Below, in pieces: positions 1-7,639 of a DNA stretch of 20,175 nucleotides. The stretch is from Candidatus Gilichinskyi gelida (GTDB lineage Bacteria > Acidobacteriota > Thermoanaerobaculia > Gp7-AA8): the NCBI GenBank assembly GCA_038040385.1, contig JBBPII010000026.1:1-20175 (forward strand). The letters are read 5' to 3'. How positions within the stretch are numbered: the stretch's first letter is position 1; each line of letters opens with the position of its first letter. The translations under genes were made by a program, and so were the position numbers. Under the pieces are notes generated by a model. The model ran no database searches and was not told the DNA's origin. It saw nothing but the letters and a program-made list of their open reading frames with translations.

Positions 1-229
1 GGACGGCGACCGGATCGGCGACGGGATCGAGGCCGAAGACGCGCACCGAGCCGCTCTCCGCCCGCAGCAGACCGAGAATGTGTTTGATGAGCGTGGTCTT
101 GCCCGCTCCGTTTGCGCCGACCAGGCCGTAGACCGCCCCGCGTGGCAGGGACAAGCTCACCGAGGCGAGGGCCGTCTTCCCACCGAAGCGGCGCGTCAGC
201 TCCGAGACGTGGATGACCGATTCACTCAA
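1..229 (-). CDS. ABC transporter ATP-binding protein, N-terminal part; the gene continues beyond the window edge
   Basis: Reverse-strand translation from TTG at 229-227 gives LSESVIHVSELTRRFGGKTALASVSLSLPRGAVYGLVGANGAGKTTLIKHILGLL..., which contains the Walker A motif GANGAGKTT. It is absent from the ORF track because it runs off the edge. The exact start is uncertain, since no in-frame stop lies upstream. Confidence 0.7.
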   Translation of the reverse strand, partial: MSESVIHVSELTRRFGGKTALASVSLSLPRGAVYGLVGANGAGKTTLIKHILGLLRAESGSVRVFGLDPVADPVAV

Positions 230-264
230 TACGAAAGATGCTACTGCAAGTGCCTCTCCGTGCC

Positions 265-311
265 TCCGCGTCTCCGCGTGAGTCAACGTTGGTTCACGCG
301 GAGACGCGGAG
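265..311. repeat. A perfect 18-bp inverted repeat (hairpin) with an 11-nt loop
   Basis: The left arm ctccgcgtctccgcgtga (265-282) is the exact reverse complement of tcacgcggagacgcggag (294-311). The loop gtcaacgttgg contains the stop codon of the minus-strand GxxExxY gene. The arms also contain an internal ctccg triplet repeat. There is no U-tract, so it is not a canonical intrinsic terminator. Confidence 0.6.
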
Positions 312-720
312 AGGCGGAGGGAGTGAGGCCGTTTACGATCCTGTGAAGGCCTTCTTTGAGCGTGGCGCCGCCGAAGTTGATGAGGAGCCCGACCTGGAGA
401 CGCATGAGACGAAGGTACGTCAGGAGCTGCTTGCTGTGGACGGGCGCAATCCGCTCGACGGACTTCAGCTCGACGATGACCTTGTTTTCGACCAGCAGAT
501 CCGCGCGAAAGCCTTCTTCGAAAACGACTCCGTCATATTCGAATCGCACTGCCTTCTGACGTTCGACTCGGAAACCCTGGCGCTCGAACTTCCGCGCCAG
601 CACGATCTCGTAGACCGATTCCAGCAGACCGGGCCCCAGCTTTTGGTGGATCTGCATCGCTGCGTCGACGATGGCTCCGGTGATGTCATCGAGGTCGTGC
701 ATTGGGCCGGGCGGGATCAT
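283..720 (-). CDS. GxxExxY-family protein (PD-(D/E)XK-like, TIGR04256 type)
   Basis: 145 aa. It contains the LGPGLLESVYE (GxxExxY) signature and a ...LHRIVNG C-terminus typical of the family. The last ~15 codons and the stop lie inside a perfect hairpin. An alternative start is at Met7 (position 702). Confidence 0.7.
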   Translation of the reverse strand: MIPPGPMHDLDDITGAIVDAAMQIHQKLGPGLLESVYEIVLARKFERQGFRVERQKAVRFEYDGVVFEEGFRADLLVENKVIVELKSVERIAPVHSKQLLTYLRLMRLQVGLLINFGGATLKEGLHRIVNGLTPSASPRLRVNQR

Positions 721-838
721 CCCTCGGTTGCGCCGAAGTACCGAGGAGTCTCCATCGGGTGGAGTCGGGGGAGATCACGCGGAGGCGCGTGACGCCTGCG
801 TTGGGGGATACTTCGATCTGGCCGGCAGGAGAAACCGC

Positions 839-1924
839 ATGCAGCTCGGTATCGTGGGAGTCCCCTTTTCAGGCAAATCGACGCTCTTTCAGGCGATCAC
901 CAGAACTCACCTCGACCCCGCTGCCATGGCGAAGACGGAAGCTCACCTCGGCATCGTGAAAGTGCCGGACGAGCGTCTGGACCGCTGCTCGGCGATCTTC
1001 TCTCCGAAGAGCACCGTACACGCCACCATCGAGTTCGTCGATGTGGCCGGCCTGAAGAAAGGGGCGAGTGGAACCACACAGTTCACGACCGGCTTCCTTT
1101 CCGCCGTGAAGACCAACGACGCGCTGATCCAGGTGGTCCGCCTCTTCGCAAACGACGCCGTACCACATCCCGACGGCAGCATCGACCCGCTGCGCGACGT
1201 GGCCACGTTCGAGACCGAGTTCATTCTCGCCGACATGGCGGTGCTGGAAAGCCGTATCGAGAAGATCAACAAACAGCTCGGACGTGCACAGGACGAGCAG
1301 ATGAAGCGGGAACTGCCGGTCCTCGAGAAGTGCCTGGCGGTCCTTCAGGCGGAGAAGCCGCTGCGAAACGAAGACCTCTCCAAAGAGGAGCTGCACATCC
1401 TCAAGACGTATCAGCTCCTCTCGCTCAAGCCGATGCTGATCGCTCTCTCCCTCGACGAATCGCAGCAGTCGATCATGGACCAGGAGGTCTCGCGCGTCGC
1501 CGCGGCGAAAGCAGGGCTGCGCACCCGCGTGGTGGCGTTCTTCGGCAAGATCGATCTGGAGATGTCCGAGCTCTCGGCGGACGAGGCGCACATGTTCATG
1601 GATGAATACGGGATCCGGGAGTCGGCGCTCGACACGCTGATCCGCGAAGCGTACGCGCTGCTCGGGCTGCAGTCCTTCCTCACGGTGGGTGAAGACGAGT
1701 GCCGCGCCTGGACGATCCGAGCCGGCATGACGGCGCAGGAGGCGGCGGGGGTGATCCACTCCGACTTCGTCGCCAAGTTCATCCGCGCGGAGGTCGTGCA
1801 TTACGACGACTTCATCGCCGCGGGAGGATCGTTCGCCAAGGCGAAGGAAGCGGGCCACTGGCGACTGGAGGGAAAGGGCTACGAGGTAAAGGACGGCGAC
1901 ATCCTGAACATCCGGCACGGATAA
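839..1924 (+). CDS. ychF: Ribosome-binding ATPase/GTPase YchF (Obg family)
   Basis: MQLGIVGVPFSGKSTLFQAIT P-loop, ...EFVDVAGLKKGAS..., and a C-terminal TGS-like domain ...RAWTIRAGMTAQEAAGVIHSDF.... AGGAG sits 7 nt upstream of the ATG at 839. The ORF-track entry 671..1924 carries a spurious 56-aa N-terminal extension. Confidence 0.9.
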   Translation: MQLGIVGVPFSGKSTLFQAITRTHLDPAAMAKTEAHLGIVKVPDERLDRCSAIFSPKSTVHATIEFVDVAGLKKGASGTTQFTTGFLSAVKTNDALIQVVRLFANDAVPHPDGSIDPLRDVATFETEFILADMAVLESRIEKINKQLGRAQDEQMKRELPVLEKCLAVLQAEKPLRNEDLSKEELHILKTYQLLSLKPMLIALSLDESQQSIMDQEVSRVAAAKAGLRTRVVAFFGKIDLEMSELSADEAHMFMDEYGIRESALDTLIREAYALLGLQSFLTVGEDECRAWTIRAGMTAQEAAGVIHSDFVAKFIRAEVVHYDDFIAAGGSFAKAKEAGHWRLEGKGYEVKDGDILNIRHG

Positions 1925-1931
1925 GAGGGGT

Positions 1932-2289
1932 TGGTGGAGGCGGCGGGAATTGAACCCGCGTCCGAGAGCAGTGGAACGTGGCTACTACATGCTTGTCTCA
2001 CCTTTTTGGTTCTCGTCCGCGTCCTGCCCGGTGAGCGGGGAACGAGCGCGGACCAGCCTGTAGGTTTTCGTGACTCGCGGCCAGGCGGTCCGCGAATCCT
2101 TAGCTCAGCTCAATGACATCCGGCCCTGAAGGTGTGAGCAACGATTAGGCGGACGCTCGAGGGTTTTTAGGCCGCGAGAGCGAGTTCGCTGTTGTTCGCA
2201 GCTACTCAGTTTTGATCGGATTTACGAGGCAATCAGCTCGGCATGCAACCAGCGCCCCGACGTGTCCCCGTCGAAGCCGGTGCGCCCCC
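1932..2289 (-). ncRNA. ssrA: tmRNA (ssrA), about 358 nt
   Basis: The reverse complement begins GGGGGCGCACCGGCUUCGACGGGG and ends ...GACGCGGGUUCAAUUCCCGCCGCCUCCACCA, giving a tRNA-Ala-like acceptor/T-arm plus CCA. An internal tag reading frame after UAG reads GCU GCG AAC AAC AGC GAA CUC GCU CUC GCG GCC UAA, i.e. (A)ANNSELALAA with the canonical ALAA end. Confidence 0.9.
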
Positions 2290-2348
2290 AATTTGTCAAC
2301 GAACGTGAAGACCGATCAAAACGAGCGGGAGGGGGGCATCATTCCTGT

Positions 2349-3191
2349 ATGAACGCCCGCGACCTCGAGGCCATCGTCCGCCGCGCCCTCGACGAGGACC
2401 TCCCCGACATCACCAGCGAGACGATTTTCGAGCCGGGCGACCGCGGCCGGGCGCGATTCCTGGTGAAGGAACCGGGCATCATCGCCGGGCTCGCCTTGGC
2501 CGAGGCGACGTTCAAGGCCATCGAGCCGGACGCGACCTTTGAGCCGCGAGCGACGGACGGCGACGCGGTCGAGCCCGGCGCGATCGTCGCCGAGGCGAGC
2601 GCGGCGGTGATCACCCTTCTGGCGGGCGAGCGCACCGCGCTCAATCTCATGCAGCGCGCCTCGGGCATTGCCACCGCCACCCGCCGGTACGTCGACGCCG
2701 TCCGCGGCACGAGGGCGAAGATCTACGACACCCGCAAGACCGCGCCGGGCCTCCGCGCACTGGACAAGTACGCCGTACGCTGCGGCGGCGGCGAAAACCA
2801 TCGCATCGGCCTCTATGACATGTTCCTGATCAAGAACAACCACATCGACCGCGCCGGCTCCATCCACGCCGCGGTCGAGCGCGTCCGGCGGCGCGGCCTC
2901 CTGCAGAAAGTCATGGTCGAGGTGCGCGACATGGCGGAGCTCGATGAAGCGCTGGCGCTCCAGCCCGACTTCATCCTCCTCGACAACATGCCGGCCGCCA
3001 CCATGCGCGCGGCCGTGGAGCGCGTCGCGGGCAGAGTCGCGCTCGAGGCCTCGGGCGGCGTCACCTTGGAAACGGTACGGGAGATCGCAGAGACGGGCGT
3101 CGACCGCATTTCGGTCGGCGCCCTCACCCACTCGGTGAAAGCACTGGACATTTCCATGCGCATCGAGCGAATGGCACCTGGTTTGCCGTAA
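2349..3191 (+). CDS. nadC: Nicotinate-nucleotide pyrophosphorylase (quinolinate phosphoribosyltransferase)
   Basis: 280 aa. Motifs: ALDEDLPDITSE, TRKTAPGLR, KYAVRCGGGENHRIGLYDMFLIKNNHI, ASGGV. GGGAGGGGGG RBS upstream. The ORF-track entry 2262..3191 extends spuriously into the tmRNA. Confidence 0.9.
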   Translation: MNARDLEAIVRRALDEDLPDITSETIFEPGDRGRARFLVKEPGIIAGLALAEATFKAIEPDATFEPRATDGDAVEPGAIVAEASAAVITLLAGERTALNLMQRASGIATATRRYVDAVRGTRAKIYDTRKTAPGLRALDKYAVRCGGGENHRIGLYDMFLIKNNHIDRAGSIHAAVERVRRRGLLQKVMVEVRDMAELDEALALQPDFILLDNMPAATMRAAVERVAGRVALEASGGVTLETVREIAETGVDRISVGALTHSVKALDISMRIERMAPGLP

Positions 3192-3201
3192 GCCGATCGG
3201 G

Positions 3202-4176
3202 ATGCCTGACAAACCCTTCCGTGTGGTCATCGTCGACGACGACGCCGCGATCCGGCGCTTGGTCCACCTCTACCTGACGCGCGCCGGCTACGACGTGGTG
3301 GAGTTCATGGCCGGCGAAGAGGCGCGCGCGCAGCTCGGCCAGATCGCCTGGGACCTGGCCATCCTCGACCGCCGGCTGCCGGACATGGACGGCGTCGAGC
3401 TCTGCCAGCATCTGAAGTCCGATCCCAACCTGCGCAACCGCTACGTCATCATGCTCACCGGCGAGGACGAATCGGCGGACAAAGTTCTCGGCCTCGACCT
3501 CGGCGCGGACGACTACATCACCAAGCCGTTCCAGCCGGCGGAGCTGCTGGCGCGCATCCGCGCCGCGAAGCGCATCGTCGATCTGCAGAAGGAGCTGATG
3601 AACTCCAACCGGCGCCTGGAGCTGCTGTCGATCACCGACGGGCTGACCAAACTCCACAACCACCGGCACTTCCAGGACGAGTTGGGGCGCGCGTTCGAGG
3701 AGTCGGAGCGCTACCACCGACCGCTGTCGCTGGTGATCGCCGACCTCGATTTCTTCAAGAAGGTCAACGACACGTACGGCCACGCCGTCGGCGACGACGT
3801 GCTCAAGGCGGTGTCCGCGATCCTCCAGCAGTCGACCCGCTCGACGGACCTGGCGGCGCGCTACGGCGGCGAGGAATTCACGTTGATGCTGCCGGAGACG
3901 AACCTCGACGACGCGCTGGCCCTTGCCGAGAAAGTGCGCGACATCATCGAATCGACGCCGATCGAGACGCAGGCCGGGCCGCTGCACGTCACGGTCAGCC
4001 TCGGAGTGGCCACCGTCCCTCACTCGCGCATTCATTCGTCGAGGGAGCTGATCGTGGCCGCCGACAAGGCCCTGTACCGGGCGAAGAAGAACGGCCGGAA
4101 CCAGGTGCAGGCGGAGCGGCGGCGCGACGGGTTGGCGCGCGAGACGCGGCCGATCGAAGAGCGGCGATCAGCCTAG
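3202..4176 (+). CDS. Response-regulator receiver fused to a GGDEF diguanylate cyclase (PleD-like)
   Basis: An N-terminal REC domain (VVIVDDD...ILDRRLPDMDG...KP) is followed by a GGDEF domain with an intact RYGGEEF active site. An RxxD I-site (RSTD) lies 5 residues upstream of it. Confidence 0.9.
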   Translation: MPDKPFRVVIVDDDAAIRRLVHLYLTRAGYDVVEFMAGEEARAQLGQIAWDLAILDRRLPDMDGVELCQHLKSDPNLRNRYVIMLTGEDESADKVLGLDLGADDYITKPFQPAELLARIRAAKRIVDLQKELMNSNRRLELLSITDGLTKLHNHRHFQDELGRAFEESERYHRPLSLVIADLDFFKKVNDTYGHAVGDDVLKAVSAILQQSTRSTDLAARYGGEEFTLMLPETNLDDALALAEKVRDIIESTPIETQAGPLHVTVSLGVATVPHSRIHSSRELIVAADKALYRAKKNGRNQVQAERRRDGLARETRPIEERRSA

Positions 4177-4220
4177 GGCAACTTTATCCTGCGGCGCGAA
4201 GCGACGCAGGAGCCTGCGGC

Positions 4221-4550
4221 TCAGGATGAACTATCGCCTAGCTCTTTGCGCCTTGTGTCGATCTCCGTCAGCAGATTGCCGACGTGCTCGCGCAACTTGC
4301 GGTCGAGGCCGCCGTCCGGTTCGCCGCCACCGAGGCGTTCGGCAACTTTCTCCACCTCGGCCGCCTCGGCGGAGATGCGCTCGAAGCCGTAGCTGCCGCC
4401 GGAGCCCTTGAGCTGATGCGAAAGGTATGTCAGCCGCTCGATGGACTGCGGCGACTGGCCGTCGTCGACGCTGGCCTGTATCTCGCGCACCTTAGCGGCT
4501 GCTTCGGCGAGGAATTCACGTCTGAGCTCGTCCAGCTCTTGATCCACCAT
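4221..4550 (-). CDS. Stand-alone Hpt (histidine phosphotransfer) domain protein
   Basis: Taking Met64 of the ORF-track entry as the start gives 110 aa: MVDQELDELRREFLAEAAAKV...LSHQLKGSGGSYGF..., with the conserved phospho-His in the HxxKG context. The upstream 63 codons of the ORF-track entry overlap the divergent neighbour and look spurious. Confidence 0.65.
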   Translation of the reverse strand: MVDQELDELRREFLAEAAAKVREIQASVDDGQSPQSIERLTYLSHQLKGSGGSYGFERISAEAAEVEKVAERLGGGEPDGGLDRKLREHVGNLLTEIDTRRKELGDSSS

Positions 4551-4576
4551 CGTTCGCCAAAAGGGTTGCACGCTGT

Positions 4577-5203
4577 ATGCCGCGCGTATCATTCGGCGCG
4601 ATGCCGGTCCCCACGCTCGTCGTTCCGCGGGCGGAGTTCTCGATCGAAGATCCGTGGGCGGTGCCGCTGCAATGCCGGCCTGTAGCGCTCCGGCGGTCGA
4701 CGGACGGCGCATCGCCGCGCCTCCCGACCAGTTTCGCAATGTATTATGATGACGAATTATTGACTATCGTTTTCCATGCCGAGGATGACGACCTGGTGGC
4801 GACGCTCTACGAGCATGACGAGCCGTTGTGGCAGGAGGACGTGGTCGAAGCCTTCCTCGCGCCGGGCGATGGCACGAACTACTTCGAGGTGGAGGTGAAT
4901 CCGCTGGGTACCACCTTCGATGCGCGGATCGAGTCACCCGACGGCGTGCGGGAAACCATGCGCGCCGATCTGTCGTGGACCTGCGAGGGACTCTTCGCCG
5001 CCGTCCGCCGCGAGGGGACGATCATCGACTACGTCCTGCGCGTGCCGTTTGCCGCGGTCGGCGGCAGGCCGCTGCGCGCGAACTTTTTCCGCGTCGACCG
5101 CAGCGCCGCCTACGGCGACGAGTACAGCGCCTGGAGCCCGACCATGAATGATCCGGCGGACTTTCACGTGGTGGCGGCATTCGGGGAGCTGGTGTTCGAT
5201 TGA
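4577..5203 (+). CDS. Carbohydrate-binding family 9 / DOMON-like domain protein
   Basis: 208 aa. ...FSIEDPWAVP...AMYYDDELLTIVFHAEDDD...NYFEVEVNPLGT...FFRVDRSAAYGDEYSAWSPT...FHVVAAFGELVF matches the CBM9-like family pattern. The start could be ATG 4577 or 4601. Confidence 0.55.
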   Translation: MPRVSFGAMPVPTLVVPRAEFSIEDPWAVPLQCRPVALRRSTDGASPRLPTSFAMYYDDELLTIVFHAEDDDLVATLYEHDEPLWQEDVVEAFLAPGDGTNYFEVEVNPLGTTFDARIESPDGVRETMRADLSWTCEGLFAAVRREGTIIDYVLRVPFAAVGGRPLRANFFRVDRSAAYGDEYSAWSPTMNDPADFHVVAAFGELVFD

Positions 5204-5228
5204 CACGCCGTTTGCACGTGCGCGCTCA

Positions 5229-7040
5229 ATGCGTCGTCTCGTCCTCCTCCTGTTGATCGTCGCTCCCTGCGCGCTCGCGCAGTCGGGGGTGTGGGGGCTG
5301 CGCGGCATCACCAAGCGCTTCGTCCTGCGCGGCAACGCCGTCGTCGCCGTCGACGGGCGAGGCGTGGCGGTCTACGACGCCACCACCCTGGCAAAGCTCG
5401 ACGCGGCGGAGACCGACGCCGAGAGCGTCGACGCGGCATTCGCCGGCGACACGCTCATCGTCCTCACCCGCGACGGCTTCGAGCGCTTCTCGATGGCGGC
5501 CGGCGGGCGGCTGACGTTCCTATCATCGCATCCGGAGACGTCGGGGACGCGTATGGCCTCGAACGGAGAGCTGGTCGCGGTGGCGGGCAGCGGCGGCGTG
5601 CGCGTGTTCCGCGCCGAGGCCGGCGGCTTGGGCCTGACCGGCAACTGGCCGCAGGCTGAGCGCGTCACCTCGCTCGCCTGGCGCGGCAACGCGCTGTTCG
5701 CGGCGGTTCGGAGCAGCGGCGTTCATGTGCTCGACGGCACCACCCTCGAGGAGATCGGCAAGATTAGCGAAAACGCAATCGACATAGCGGTCGACGGCGA
5801 CTTCCTCTATTCCGCAGCGGGCAGCGTGGGGATGGCCATTCATGACGTCCGCAATGTCGCCGCGGCGCAACTGGTGAGCCGCACCGCGGCCGGCGAGGAC
5901 TTCTTCCAGCTCGTCGCCGCGTCGGGCGGGCGGGCGGTGGCGGCGGAGGTCTCCAAGAGCATCCGTGTGTTCGATGTGAGCAACCCGGCGGCGCCGCGCG
6001 TCTCGGCGCCCATCGCGCAGACGGCCGAGGCGATCGCCGTCGGCGGCGCGCGCCTCTTCGTGTCCGGATCGAGCTTCGACGACGACAACGTCGAGACGGC
6101 GACCGGCATCCCGGTGAGGGCGTACGACATCGCGCAGGCCGAGGCGCCGCGCGTGGCGGGCGACGCGCACGATCTCGCCGGCCCGCTCAACGGCGCGGCG
6201 ACGGACGGCACGCTCGCCTACGTCTCCGACCCGCCGTTCTTCCGCGTCATCGACGTCTCCACTACCGCCCAGCCGCGGGAGATCGCCTCGCTGCGCCTCG
6301 ACGACATCGAGCCGTTCGTGAAATCCGACGGGACCCGCGTCATCCTCTACGGCACCGGCACCGTGCAGTTCATCGACGTCTCCAATCCTTACCGTCCGAA
6401 GCACATCGGCACGTACGACTCGCTGGGCCACCCGCCGAGCGCCGCGGCGATCGCCAGGAACGTGTTCATCGAAGGCAACACCTCCTCGGGGTTCCACGTC
6501 TTCGACTTCCTCCCGGACGGCTCGTCGCGCTTTCTCGCCGGCATCAAGACCCACCCGGTCGACATCGTGGTCAGCGGCGATGCGGTCTACTACAGCGTCG
6601 AGCACCAGACCGTCGGGATCGCGGACATCAGTGAAGGCGCGCGCCCGGTGTCGGCCATCCTCACCCCCGCCATCCAAATGGCGCTGACCGGCAACCTCCT
6701 GCTGCTCCGCAGCCTCGAGGCGGTGCATGTGTACTCCATCGCCGACCCGTTCAATCCCGTCGAGCTGAGCGCGGTCCCGCTGGAGCGCGGCGGAGTCTTC
6801 GCCGCCAACGGCGACGCCGCGTGGGTGGCCGCGCGGGGGACGGTGGTCAGGATGGACCTGGCGAACCCCGCTTCTCCGTCGTTCCAGCCAACCGGAATGC
6901 GGGTGGTGGCGCCGGCGCAGATCGCCGCCGCGGGCGGAAAGGTCGTGGTGGCCGATCGTTACGCGCTCCGGGTCATCGGCCCGAACACCGCGCCGCCCGC
7001 TCCGCAAGGGCCCGGCAAGCGTCGCGCGGCGCGGCCATAA
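5229..7040 (+). CDS. Secreted LVIVD-repeat beta-propeller protein
   Basis: Signal peptide MRRLVLLLLIVAPCALAQSG. About 12 repeats of the LVIVD type, for example IRVFDVSNPAAPRVSA, VQFIDVSNPYRPKHIGTYDS and VHVYSIADPFNPVELSA. The ORF-track start 5148 adds 27 non-signal residues. Confidence 0.7.
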   Translation: MRRLVLLLLIVAPCALAQSGVWGLRGITKRFVLRGNAVVAVDGRGVAVYDATTLAKLDAAETDAESVDAAFAGDTLIVLTRDGFERFSMAAGGRLTFLSSHPETSGTRMASNGELVAVAGSGGVRVFRAEAGGLGLTGNWPQAERVTSLAWRGNALFAAVRSSGVHVLDGTTLEEIGKISENAIDIAVDGDFLYSAAGSVGMAIHDVRNVAAAQLVSRTAAGEDFFQLVAASGGRAVAAEVSKSIRVFDVSNPAAPRVSAPIAQTAEAIAVGGARLFVSGSSFDDDNVETATGIPVRAYDIAQAEAPRVAGDAHDLAGPLNGAATDGTLAYVSDPPFFRVIDVSTTAQPREIASLRLDDIEPFVKSDGTRVILYGTGTVQFIDVSNPYRPKHIGTYDSLGHPPSAAAIARNVFIEGNTSSGFHVFDFLPDGSSRFLAGIKTHPVDIVVSGDAVYYSVEHQTVGIADISEGARPVSAILTPAIQMALTGNLLLLRSLEAVHVYSIADPFNPVELSAVPLERGGVFAANGDAAWVAARGTVVRMDLANPASPSFQPTGMRVVAPAQIAAAGGKVVVADRYALRVIGPNTAPPAPQGPGKRRAARP

Positions 7041-7072
7041 GGCCTTTCCACACAGGGAATTCATCCGACATT

Positions 7073-7101
7073 TTCTGATTTGTAATCGGCACCGCTATAG
7101 T
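7073..7101 (+). promoter_or_regulatory. Putative sigma70-like promoter for the PDZ-protein gene
   Basis: The only AT-rich intergenic stretch in the window. TTCTGA-N17-TATAGT, with the -10 element 42 nt upstream of ATG 7144. The -35 element is weak. Confidence 0.25.
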
Positions 7102-7143
7102 CGCGCAGTAGATTGTCGTCGGCCAAGGACCCCGTCTCCACCC

Positions 7144-7626
7144 ATGCATCTGCGACAGATCCGATTTGTGTTCATGAGCGCTCTGCTGCTCGCCGCAACC
7201 GCGCGTGCCGAGGAACGTCAAACCAAGAAGTGCAACGCTCCGGCGTTGGAATGCGAACGCGCCATCCGCTCGATGGCCTCCGGCCGCCGATACCTCGGAG
7301 CGCTGGTCGAGGAGACCAACCTCGGTTTGCGCGTTGCGTCGATCATCACCGACAGCCCCGCCCAGCGCGGCGGCCTCGGCGAAGGCGACCGCCTGATGGC
7401 GATCAACGGACGCTCGCTGATGCGCAGCGACGTCAAGCAGTTCAAGCGCCTCCTGAGCGAGGCGAAAGAGACCGGCAGGCTGTCGATCACCGTGGCGCGC
7501 GGCGGAATTCTGAAGAAGGTCGACGTCTGGCTGGAGCCCTATACAAAGGCTCAGATCGACAAGATCGTCGCGCAGCACATGGCGGAGTCACATTCGCAAG
7601 CTGCCACGACACAGCCACAGCCGTGA
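7144..7626 (+). CDS. Secreted PDZ-domain protein
   Basis: Signal peptide MHLRQIRFVFMSALLLAATARA|EE. PDZ core GLRVASIITDSPAQRGGLGEGDRLMAINGRSL. Two Cys in the mature N-terminus. Confidence 0.65.
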   Translation: MHLRQIRFVFMSALLLAATARAEERQTKKCNAPALECERAIRSMASGRRYLGALVEETNLGLRVASIITDSPAQRGGLGEGDRLMAINGRSLMRSDVKQFKRLLSEAKETGRLSITVARGGILKKVDVWLEPYTKAQIDKIVAQHMAESHSQAATTQPQP

Positions 7627-7639
7627 CGAACGGAGGATC

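Noticed and set aside
671-838. N-terminal extensions of ORF-track entries: 671..1924 (ychF), 2262..3191 (nadC), 5148..7040 (LVIVD), 14643..15632 (HMG-CoA lyase), 4221..4739 (Hpt), 13188..13775 (yqeY), and 10319..11509 and 11250..12164 (merged frames).
   Set aside because: The conserved family N-termini, signal peptides and RBS motifs sit at internal Met or alternative start codons. The extensions overlap neighbouring genes or the tmRNA and have no family support.
839-1924. The YchF P-loop GVPFSGKS deviating from the canonical GxPNVGKS, and the slightly short C-terminus.
   Set aside because: This is within the normal variation of the family, and the remaining motifs are intact.
1931-2116. A 61-aa ORF on the plus strand inside the tmRNA gene.
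   Set aside because: The locus is a textbook tmRNA on the opposite strand, so the ORF is incidental.
4177-4220. Short inverted repeats (cctgcg...cgcagg, gagcctgcggctc) between the convergent GGDEF and Hpt genes, read as a bidirectional terminator.
   Set aside because: The stems are only 5-6 bp with no U-tract, so they are too weak to call.
5523-7064. A 513-aa minus-strand ORF antisense to the LVIVD-repeat gene. Similar long antisense or alternate-frame ORFs lie at 869..1918 (-), 2316..3230 (-), 3124..4035 (-), 7762..9309 (+), 10032..11054 (-), 14664..16046 (-), 15743..16825 (-), 18213..19196 (-) and 19275..20153 (-).
   Set aside because: These are Arg/Gly/Pro/Ala-rich, low-complexity translations of the kind produced by open frames opposite real genes in high-GC DNA. 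Each is fully covered by a gene with recognisable motifs on the other strand or frame.
7080-7101. TTGTAA...TATAGT read as a -35/-10 pair.
   Set aside because: Only 10 nt separate the hexamers, which is far too short. The weaker TTCTGA-N17-TATAGT reading was kept at low confidence instead.
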